A DNA stretch of 5,654 nucleotides from positions 1-5,654 of the forward strand of contig CAZNEZ010000027.1 of NCBI GenBank assembly GCA_964572475.1. Reading direction: 5' to 3'. The notes below the pieces were generated by a model that was not told the DNA's origin, made no database searches, and worked only from the letters and a program-made list of their open reading frames with translations. The stretch comes from an uncultured Lachnospiraceae bacterium. GTDB taxonomy: Bacteria; Bacillota; Clostridia; Lachnospirales; Lachnospiraceae. The position numbers were made by a program, and so were the translations under genes. Numbering within the stretch: position 1 is the first letter of the stretch; every line of letters begins with the position of its first letter. Positions 1-5,632 of this stretch are shown piece by piece.

Positions 1-303
1 TATATCTTCTTTAGAATCAATTACATAACAGGTATCCGTATCCGGGCCTTCTGGTTTTAGTTCTTCTGGAATAATATCAATTTCCTTAATACTATCGGCT
101 GATTCAAATCCAAACTCTGCAAATACTTCTTTCATAGTACATTTGGTATTATCAAAATGCTTTCTATAATCCACCAAGTCACCTGCGACTGAAATCTTTG
201 AACTTGTTTCATCATTTCCACTTATTTCACTCTTTGACTTACAACTGGTACACATAACCAAGATCAATATTGCAATACATAACACAGTAGCTATACTCTT
301 CAT
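1..303 (-). CDS. Partial CDS (N-terminal 101 codons; continues past the left window edge): putative secreted protein or lipoprotein of unknown function
   Basis: Manual reverse-complement translation from ATG at 303..301 stays open to position 1: MKSIATVLCIAILILVMCTSCKSKSEISGNDETSSKISVAGDLVDYRKHFDNTKCTMKEVFAEFGFESADSIKEIDIIPEELKPEGPDTDTCYVIDSKEDI. A GGGAGG Shine-Dalgarno (plus-strand ccctcc, 310..315) lies 6 nt upstream of the ATG. The N-terminus has a basic residue, a hydrophobic stretch, then Cys18/Cys21 (LVMC / CTSC) followed by a polar Ser/Lys-rich linker. This resembles a signal peptide with an imperfect lipobox. It is missing from the ORF track, presumably because it has no in-window stop. 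Confidence 0.6.
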   Translation of the reverse strand, partial: MKSIATVLCIAILILVMCTSCKSKSEISGNDETSSKISVAGDLVDYRKHFDNTKCTMKEVFAEFGFESADSIKEIDIIPEELKPEGPDTDTCYVIDSKEDI

Positions 304-413
304 ATTTGCCTCCCTGTCACAAACTGTTTTTAGATTATACAAGTTTTAAATAGTGCAAACCTGTATTCCCTACTTATTGCTTACATCATCGTTCATATAT
401 ATGTTATGTATTC

Positions 414-443
414 ATAGTACCTTATATGGTATAGTATTGTCAA
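414..443 (-). promoter_or_regulatory. Candidate sigma-A promoter for the downstream lipoprotein-like gene: TTGACA (443..438), 18 nt spacer, TACTAT (419..414)
   Basis: Read on the minus strand: TTGACA ATACTATACCATATAAGG TACTAT. The -35 is a perfect consensus and sits inside the 19-bp palindrome. The -10 matches 4 of 6 positions. An alternative perfect TATAAT lies at 339..334 (minus strand), but its best -35-like hexamer (TTGCAC) is only 13 nt away. Neither candidate is compelling alone. Confidence 0.3.
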
Positions 444-449
444 TACTAT
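431..449. repeat. Perfect 19-bp palindrome ATAGTATTG-T-CAATACTAT (9+1+9) overlapping the stop codon of the second ABC gene
   Basis: Direct reading: atagtattgtcaatactat is its own reverse complement around the centre at 440. It overlaps the TAG stop (448..446, minus strand) and contains a minus-strand TTGACA. The confidence value refers to the palindrome being present, not to any function. Confidence 0.9.
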
Positions 450-2257
450 TTCAGGAAGTCATACTGTGACATATACAGTTTGTAATACTCACCGTGTTCA
501 TTCTTCATAAGTTCATCATGCGTTCCCATCTCAACTATTTTTCCATGGTCTACATACATAATGCATGATGAATTCTTAATAGTTGATAATCTATGTGCTA
601 TGATAAATGAAGTTCTGCCCTTTAATAAACTATTTAGACCTTTTTGCAGAAGTATTTCCGTCTCTGTATCAATACTAGAAGTTGCCTCATCGAGAATAAG
701 TATCTTAGGATTCGCAAGAAGTGCCCTTGCAAATGATATTAACTGCCTCTGTCCAGCTGATAACCTGCTGCCTCGTTCATTTACTTCAGTATTATAGCCA
801 TCCTCCATAGACATAATAAAGTCATGAGCGCATACAATCTTTGCCGCCTTTATTACTTCTTCATCGCTCGCTTCCATGTTTCCATATCTAATATTATCCA
901 TTATAGTTCCAGAGAACATAAAACTGTCTTGTAACATAACGCCCATCTGTGTCCTAAGAGACTTTATTGTTACATTACTTATATCTATTCCATCAATCAA
1001 TATTTCGCCTGAATCCAGATTATAGAATCTACTAATCAGATTAATAATCGTAGACTTACCTGCACCAGTTGGTCCTACAATAGCATAAGATTCACCAACA
1101 CCCGCTTTAAAGCTTACATTATCCAGAATCTTAATTCCTGGTTCATAACTAAAATCAACATTTTTAAACTCAACTTCTCCTATAATCTCTGGCATATCTA
1201 CTGCACCTTCAGAATCTTTAACCAATACTGGTTCATCTATAGTCTCAAATATTCTCTCCAGATATGAGATAGCTGTAAGCATTGAATTATAGAAATTGGC
1301 CAGAGTTGTTATTGGAGACCAGAATCTTGAAATATATCCTCCAAATGCAACAATAACACTAATTGTAACGCCTTGTACTCCTGCCATCATCCAATTGATA
1401 CCTAATACATAGATTACCGAATTAGTAAAAACTGTAATATTCTCTACAACGGGACTCAGAATGAAATTGTATTTAACTGCCTTCATCCAATATACTCGCT
1501 GGCTTTCATTCAGCCTGTTAAATATAACTGTATTCTCTCTTTCTCTTACAAATGACTGTGTTACCCTGATTCCGTTAATGCTTTCTGCAATATAGGCATT
1601 CAGGTTAGACTGCTTATTACTCTGTAACTGCCACGCCCTGCGCTGTCTGCTTTTAACGAGCCATACTATAGCAATCAGCACTGGAAGTCCACACAAACAC
1701 ATAAGTGCAAACTTTGCATTTAGGAAAAACATAAAGAATATAATAAATATAAGGCTGCATAAATCTGTTATTGTATTAACAATACCATTTGACAACAAAT
1801 CACTTAAGTTATTAACATAATTGACAAGTCTGACCTGAATCTTACCATGTGGTCTGTCATCATAATATGAGAATGGCAGCTCTTGTAAATGTTTAAACAA
1901 ATCTGCTCTAAGTGAATGAATTACATTCTGTCCTACCCTTGTTGTAAGTTTAATCTTTATTTTAAGAATAACCACCACTATAAGAGTAACAATAAGCATA
2001 AGTATACTAGTAACCACTATCTGTGCAATTGCACTATTATCCGTTATCTTTCCCTTTTGAAAATCATCTATTACATCCATTACATTTTTCAGAAATAATG
2101 GTTGAAGCATAGACAATGCACTTGAAAATAGCATGATTATAATTGCAACAATAAGGTCCTTCTTATATGGTCCTACATAATGTCCAAGTCTGACTAACTG
2201 CCTAAAATCAAATTTTTCTTCTAATTCTTCATCAACATCTATTTTATTCCTAGCCAT
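446..2257 (-). CDS. ABC exporter half-transporter (TMD-NBD fusion), second subunit of a heterodimer. Carries the consensus catalytic Walker B (LDE) but a deviant signature motif (LSAGQ)
   Basis: 603-aa ORF. The N-terminal ~330 aa are hydrophobic and consistent with the 6-TM type-I exporter fold. NBD motifs: Walker A GPTGAGKST, Q-loop MLQD, signature LSAGQRQ (749..763), Walker B ILILDEATSSID (catalytic Glu codon at 686..688), H-loop IIAHRLST. A charged N-terminal extension (MARNKIDVDEELEEKFDF) is typical of the second subunit in LmrCD/BmrCD/TM287-288-type pairs. The ATG at 2257..2255 directly abuts the upstream TAG. A GGGAGG lies 8 nt upstream, inside the upstream gene. Confidence 0.95.
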   Translation of the reverse strand: MARNKIDVDEELEEKFDFRQLVRLGHYVGPYKKDLIVAIIIMLFSSALSMLQPLFLKNVMDVIDDFQKGKITDNSAIAQIVVTSILMLIVTLIVVVILKIKIKLTTRVGQNVIHSLRADLFKHLQELPFSYYDDRPHGKIQVRLVNYVNNLSDLLSNGIVNTITDLCSLIFIIFFMFFLNAKFALMCLCGLPVLIAIVWLVKSRQRRAWQLQSNKQSNLNAYIAESINGIRVTQSFVRERENTVIFNRLNESQRVYWMKAVKYNFILSPVVENITVFTNSVIYVLGINWMMAGVQGVTISVIVAFGGYISRFWSPITTLANFYNSMLTAISYLERIFETIDEPVLVKDSEGAVDMPEIIGEVEFKNVDFSYEPGIKILDNVSFKAGVGESYAIVGPTGAGKSTIINLISRFYNLDSGEILIDGIDISNVTIKSLRTQMGVMLQDSFMFSGTIMDNIRYGNMEASDEEVIKAAKIVCAHDFIMSMEDGYNTEVNERGSRLSAGQRQLISFARALLANPKILILDEATSSIDTETEILLQKGLNSLLKGRTSFIIAHRLSTIKNSSCIMYVDHGKIVEMGTHDELMKNEHGEYYKLYMSQYDFLK

Positions 2258-4015
2258 CTATCTCGCCTCCCTTGCATTAACAGAATCAAATTCACCATAT
2301 TGATGATTGAATACTGTATAGTAATATCCGCGTTTTTCTATAAGTTCATCATGATTTCCCGATTCAACAATGCGTCCATCTGACAGAACCAGAATCTTGT
2401 CTGCATCTTTAATGGATGAAATTCTATGAGCAATAATGAATACTGTTTCTTTATTCTCTAATGAATTAAGAGCATTTTGAATCTGTGTCTCAGTTTCCAT
2501 ATCTACAGCTGATGTAGTATCATCAAGAATTACTATTGATGGCTTCTTAAGAAGTGCTCTAGCAAGTGATATTCTTTGTTTTTGTCCACCTGACAGTCCC
2601 ATTCCTCTTTCACCTATTATAGTGTCATATCCGTCTGGCATACTTACTATGAAGCTATCAGCATTTGCTACCTTTGCAGCCCATTTAACTTCCTCAAATG
2701 TAGCGTCTGGCTTTCCATATGCTATATTTCCTTCTATCGTATCTGAGAATAAAAATACGTCCTGCATCGCCATACCAATAGCATCACGAAGACCGCTAAG
2801 GCTCATATTCCTGACATTTACTCCATCAACAAGGACTTCTCCATCTGTTACATCATAGAATCTGCACATTAAGTTCATTAATGTTGATTTACCTGAGCCA
2901 GTAGCTCCAATAATTCCAATCTTTTCTCCTTCTTTAACCTTAAAATTAATATCCTGTAATATTACATCATCTTCTGCTTTGTAATTAACATGTTTAAATT
3001 CTACGCTACCCTTTATTCTTTCAACCCTCACTGGCCTTTTAGGCTGTTTAATATCAGGCTCTTCTGTAATTGTAGAGTAAATCTTATTTACTGATGTAAT
3101 AAATCTAAAGTAATCATTTATTAACCATCCAATCTGTCTAAGTGGATTATTAAGCATCCAAAGGAAACCACTAATCATAGTAAGTTTACCAAGTGACATA
3201 TAGCCCTTTATAACCATGATTCCTCCAACAATCATAAGTACAAATACCAATAACGATGAAAGAAATTCAAAAATAGGAACATATTTAGTCCAAACCTTAG
3301 CCGCATTTATCTCAGAATCTCTATATTCATCATTCTCTTTATTAAACTTTTCTGTCTCATAATCTTCTTTAGCAAATGCTTTAACCACACGGTTTCCACT
3401 AATATTTTCCTGAGCAAATGCATTAAGGCTTGAAAACTTCTGTCTGACTAATTCAAATTTAGGTTTAACAGCCTTTGACTGATAATATGTAGCAATACCA
3501 GTAAGAGGTAATACTAAAAGCATTGCACAGGCAATATGCCAGTCCACAACAAATATCATAACTAACGCAATCACAAACAGAAGCACATTCTCATAAATGT
3601 TATAGATAACATAAGCTACAAAGTGCCTAATAGCCATCATATCACCTGTCTGCCTTGACATTAAATCTCCGGTTCGGTTTCTATTATAAAATGCAAAATC
3701 CTTAGAAAGAAGATTCTTATATACTCCTTCTCTCATGTCATATAATAGATACTGAGATGACGACTCAAATAGAAATAAAAATATCAAACGTAAAACTGAT
3801 CTTATAACAACAACTGCAATCATGAGTCCTAACATCATTGGCAATAATTTAAAGTCTATATTAGTCCCATCACCTATTACTTTATCTACTATATCTCCTG
3901 TAATCATAGGATTAATGATTGCAAGTACTGATGTTATGGTAACAAGAATTAAACCTATAACCATTTTCCAACTGTACTTTTTAAGATATGAGTAGAACCA
4001 TTTCATTGCTTCCAT
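2258..4015 (-). CDS. ABC exporter half-transporter (TMD-NBD fusion), first subunit of a heterodimer. Has a degenerate Walker B (LDD, Asp in place of the catalytic Glu) and a canonical LSGGQ signature
   Basis: 585-aa ORF. The N-terminal half is hydrophobic (TMD). NBD motifs: Walker A GATGSGKST, Q-loop AMQD, signature LSGGQKQR, Walker B SIVILDDTTSAVD (second Asp codon at 2519..2521, where the catalytic Glu is expected), H-loop IIAHRISS. The start is somewhat ambiguous. GGAGG (plus-strand cctcc, 4020..4024) is only 4 nt from the ATG at 4015 and 13 nt from the in-frame ATG at 4006 (Met4), so neither spacing is ideal. Confidence 0.95.
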   Translation of the reverse strand: MEAMKWFYSYLKKYSWKMVIGLILVTITSVLAIINPMITGDIVDKVIGDGTNIDFKLLPMMLGLMIAVVVIRSVLRLIFLFLFESSSQYLLYDMREGVYKNLLSKDFAFYNRNRTGDLMSRQTGDMMAIRHFVAYVIYNIYENVLLFVIALVMIFVVDWHIACAMLLVLPLTGIATYYQSKAVKPKFELVRQKFSSLNAFAQENISGNRVVKAFAKEDYETEKFNKENDEYRDSEINAAKVWTKYVPIFEFLSSLLVFVLMIVGGIMVIKGYMSLGKLTMISGFLWMLNNPLRQIGWLINDYFRFITSVNKIYSTITEEPDIKQPKRPVRVERIKGSVEFKHVNYKAEDDVILQDINFKVKEGEKIGIIGATGSGKSTLMNLMCRFYDVTDGEVLVDGVNVRNMSLSGLRDAIGMAMQDVFLFSDTIEGNIAYGKPDATFEEVKWAAKVANADSFIVSMPDGYDTIIGERGMGLSGGQKQRISLARALLKKPSIVILDDTTSAVDMETETQIQNALNSLENKETVFIIAHRISSIKDADKILVLSDGRIVESGNHDELIEKRGYYYTVFNHQYGEFDSVNAREAR

Positions 4016-4045
4016 ATTGCCTCCATTCTGCTATAGCTGCCATAG

Positions 4046-4096
4046 CTTGCAAATGACTTTTTATATTATTAATTGTATAACATTTTTACTTGCAAA
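4046..4096. repeat. Direct repeat of the 8-mer CTTGCAAA (4046..4053 and 4089..4096), 43 bp centre to centre, each containing the self-complementary core TTGCAA
   Basis: Direct reading of the intergenic region. Both copies lie between the proposed ABC-operon promoter and the ABC start codon, so they fall in the predicted 5' leader. An 8-mer recurring within 224 bp of AT-rich DNA is only mildly unusual. Function is unknown. Confidence 0.5.
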
Positions 4097-4125
4097 AGGT
4101 ATTGTTTCTATGTTATTCTTGTGTC

Positions 4126-4154
4126 ATTATATTAAACTATGTATTCTATATCAA
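4126..4154 (-). promoter_or_regulatory. Candidate sigma-A promoter of the ABC exporter operon: TTGATA (4154..4149), 17 nt spacer, TATAAT (4131..4126)
   Basis: The minus strand reads ATATCATTGATA TAGAATACATAGTTTAA TATAAT GACAC. The -35 matches 5 of 6 positions, the spacer is exactly 17 nt, and the -10 is perfect. This predicts a transcription start near 4119 and a 5' leader of about 100 nt before the ATG at 4015. Confidence 0.5.
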
Positions 4155-4161
4155 TGATATA
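4147..4161. repeat. 15-bp perfect palindrome TATATCA-A-TGATATA overlapping the -35 of the candidate ABC-operon promoter
   Basis: Direct reading: tatatcaatgatata is self-complementary around 4154. A 7+7 palindrome made almost entirely of A/T is expected about once by chance in a window of this size and composition. Only its position over the -35 makes it notable. Confidence 0.5.
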
Positions 4162-4174
4162 TACTGTTTTGAAA

Positions 4175-4194
4175 TTGACATTTTCTGCTATAAT
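4175..4194 (+). promoter_or_regulatory. Candidate promoter of the AraC-family gene: extended -10 TGcTATAAT (4186..4194), with a TTGACA at 4175..4180 that is mis-spaced
   Basis: TGCTATAAT matches the extended -10 consensus TGnTATAAT, which can work without a good -35. The perfect TTGACA is only 8 nt upstream of the -10, so it cannot act as its -35. The hexamers at 17-18 nt spacing (gttttg / tgtttt) are weak. The predicted start near 4201 would give a leader of about 38 nt. A GGAG RBS lies at 4231..4234, 5 nt before the ATG at 4240. Confidence 0.45.
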
Positions 4195-4239
4195 TTAGCA
4201 CATAATAACTAATTTTTAACATCAAGAAATGGAGCGGCT

Positions 4240-5055
4240 ATGAACATCAAAATTCATAATGTAGGCTATAATTATGTTCATGACAAAGGTATATTAGTTA
4301 ACAGACCTAATGGTTCTGGAGACTATCTTTTCCTATTTATTAAAGAGAAATGTGACATACTGATTAATGATGAACTTATCACCCTGACAGAACCAAGCTT
4401 TTTATTATATAAGAAAGGAACTCCCCAATACTATACCTCTGGTCATGACCCATATTGTAACGACTGGATGCAATTTGACGGAGAAGGAATCGAAGAGTTT
4501 ATAGAGAAGCTTCACATACCATACAATACTCTGATGACTATCCAAAACAGTCTGCTTATATCAGAATATTTCAAGGATATTACCACGGAATTCTGTAGTG
4601 ATGGCAAATATCATGATGATATATTAGATTTGAAATGTAAGACCATGCTATACAAATTTAGTGATATTTATCATCGTGAGCATATACTTTCTGAGCAGTT
4701 ATCGAGATATATTAGAAGCTTTTCTGATATAAGAGCGAGGATTTACAGTTCACCAACTACGCCTGTAACAGTACCGGAGATTGCTTCTAAGCTAAGCCTT
4801 AGCACCTCTTATTTTCAGCATATATATAAGAAGCTCTTTGGTGTTTCAGTTATTAGAGATATCATTCAGTCCAGAATTGATTTTGCCTGCTACCTATTAA
4901 CTATTAATCAGGATTCTATTAACGTAATAGCATTACAATGCGGATATGAGAATAAAGAACATTTTACCAGACAGTTTAAAGAAGTTACTGGTTATACTCC
5001 TAAGCAATACCGTCTGGCTAAAACAGAGATTGGAGAATTAAAACATAATGAATAA
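4240..5055 (+). CDS. AraC/XylS-family transcriptional regulator (N-terminal cupin-like sensing/dimerisation domain plus C-terminal double helix-turn-helix)
   Basis: 271-aa ORF. The C-terminal ~100 aa (VTVPEIASKLSLSTSYFQHIYKKLFGVSVIRDIIQSRIDFACYLLTINQDSINVIALQCGYENKEHFTRQFKEVTGYTPKQYR) carries the characteristic AraC-type HTH signature, including the G(Y/F)xxxxxFxRxFKxxxGxTPxxYR ending. The N-terminal region (VNRPNGSGDYLFLFIKEKCDILINDELITLTEPSFLLYKKGTPQYY) resembles the AraC-type beta-barrel effector domain. The RBS is good (GGAG, 5 nt spacer). It is transcribed divergently from the ABC operon. Confidence 0.9.
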   Translation: MNIKIHNVGYNYVHDKGILVNRPNGSGDYLFLFIKEKCDILINDELITLTEPSFLLYKKGTPQYYTSGHDPYCNDWMQFDGEGIEEFIEKLHIPYNTLMTIQNSLLISEYFKDITTEFCSDGKYHDDILDLKCKTMLYKFSDIYHREHILSEQLSRYIRSFSDIRARIYSSPTTPVTVPEIASKLSLSTSYFQHIYKKLFGVSVIRDIIQSRIDFACYLLTINQDSINVIALQCGYENKEHFTRQFKEVTGYTPKQYRLAKTEIGELKHNE

Positions 5056-5626
5056 ATATAATATTATTCTGGCTTCTGGCTCACCAAGAAGAAGTGAGCT
5101 TTTATCACGGATTGGTCTTGTTTTTAAAGTTATACCTTCCCGCTGCGAAGAGATTATCACATCTACTGTTCCTGTAGATGTTGTTGAAGAATTATCAAAG
5201 CAAAAAGCACTTGATGTGGCTAAGAATACCTCATTACCTAATACTATCTACATTGGTGCTGATACTATTGTATCTATGGATAATGCTATTCTTGGCAAAC
5301 CAGGTACAAAGGAAAACGCATTTAAAATGATTAAGTCTTTGCAGGGACATGTTCACGAAGTATATACAGGTGTAACCATTGTATCACCTAATAGCTATAA
5401 TACTCATACCTTCTCTGTATGCACCCAGGTAAGTTGTTATCCCATGTCAGATGAAGAAATAAATTCTTATATCGAAACAGGTGATCCTATGGATAAAGCA
5501 GGCTCCTATGGCATACAAGGTGAATTTGCTAAATATATACAAAAAATAGAAGGCGACTATAACAATGTAGTTGGCCTTCCAATCTCAAAGCTGTATCAAT
5601 CATTAAAGGAGCTTAGTCTCATCTAA
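5048..5626 (+). CDS. maf: Maf-family nucleoside triphosphate pyrophosphatase, YhdE / B. subtilis Maf subtype (dTTP/UTP and modified-pyrimidine NTP house-cleaning enzyme; 'septum formation inhibitor Maf')
   Basis: 192-aa ORF with hallmark Maf motifs: ILASGSPRRSELL near the N-terminus, GADTIV, LGKP, HEVYTGV, DKAGSYGIQG and NVVGLP. The SPRR, GADT and DKAG-YGIQG motifs match the YhdE/BsMaf subfamily, not the YceF subfamily, which has SPWR, GSDQ and CAGSFKSEG. The start ATG (5048) overlaps the regulator's stop (TAA at 5053..5055) by 8 nt. GGAG at 5032..5035 gives a rather long 12-nt spacer. Confidence 0.92.
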   Translation: MNKYNIILASGSPRRSELLSRIGLVFKVIPSRCEEIITSTVPVDVVEELSKQKALDVAKNTSLPNTIYIGADTIVSMDNAILGKPGTKENAFKMIKSLQGHVHEVYTGVTIVSPNSYNTHTFSVCTQVSCYPMSDEEINSYIETGDPMDKAGSYGIQGEFAKYIQKIEGDYNNVVGLPISKLYQSLKELSLI

Positions 5627-5632
5627 GCTCCT
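5607..5632 (+). terminator. 10-bp perfect stem-loop (AGGAGCTTAG / loop TCTCAT / CTAAGCTCCT) spanning the maf stop codon. Possible terminator or mRNA-stabilising hairpin, but it lacks a U-tract
   Basis: Direct reading: 5607..5616 is the reverse complement of 5623..5632, with a 6-nt loop. The TAA stop (5624..5626) lies in the 3' arm. The downstream sequence CTAATGATTATCTATTCAGATT is T-containing but is not the uninterrupted T-run of a classic intrinsic terminator. Confidence 0.3.

Noticed and set aside
431-449. The 19-bp palindrome read as a rho-independent terminator for the ABC operon
   Set aside because: The single-nucleotide centre would force the inner base pairs open. The usable stem is about 7 bp and almost all A-U. 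The downstream sequence on the transcribed strand (ACCATATAAGG) has no U-tract. I kept it as a possible protein-binding site instead.
561-797. 78-aa plus-strand ORF antisense to the NBD of the second ABC gene
   Set aside because: It lies entirely within a strongly supported minus-strand CDS with intact conserved ABC motifs. It has no RBS, and its product is low-complexity and Ser/Leu/Cys-rich, as expected for an antisense reading of an AT-rich gene. It is a spurious shadow ORF.
1916-2098. 60-aa plus-strand ORF antisense to the TMD of the second ABC gene
   Set aside because: The translation is Asn/Tyr/Lys/Ile-rich (NNHHYKSNNKHKY...), typical of antisense AT-rich membrane-domain codons. It has no RBS and is fully nested in a confident CDS.
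2622-2858. 78-aa plus-strand ORF antisense to the NBD of the first ABC gene
   Set aside because: Same reasoning as above: it is nested antisense to a motif-rich ABC NBD, has no translation signals, and shows no recognisable domain.
3981-4043. 20-aa minus-strand uORF (MAAIAEWRQYGSNEMVLLIS) overlapping the exporter RBS and start in another frame
   Set aside because: It has no RBS upstream (TCATTTGCAAGCT). The overlap with the main start is out of frame, and the sequence has no recognisable peptide features. It is most likely fortuitous.
4069-4083. Four-codon mini-ORF (ATG TTA TAC AAT TAA; MLYN) in the predicted exporter leader, as a possible antibiotic-sensing leader peptide
   Set aside because: No Shine-Dalgarno precedes it (the upstream sequence is TTGCAAGTAAAA), and no adjacent terminator/antiterminator structure exists. 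ATG-plus-stop combinations like this are common by chance in AT-rich DNA.
4060-4098. Minus-strand TTGCAA followed by TATACA / TACAAT (with a TG two bases upstream of TATACA) as an alternative, gene-proximal exporter promoter
   Set aside because: The spacers are only 10-12 nt, and the hexamers at proper 17-nt spacing (ACCTTT) are non-consensus. The TTGATA-17-TATAAT candidate further upstream is much better. A weak extended -10-type start here cannot be fully excluded without transcription-start mapping.
4175-4194. TTGACA followed by TATAAT, which at first glance looks like a perfect consensus promoter for the AraC-family gene
   Set aside because: The two hexamers are only 8 nt apart, against the required 17 +/- 1, so they cannot act together as -35 and -10. 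I kept only the extended -10 (TGcTATAAT) reading, at moderate confidence.
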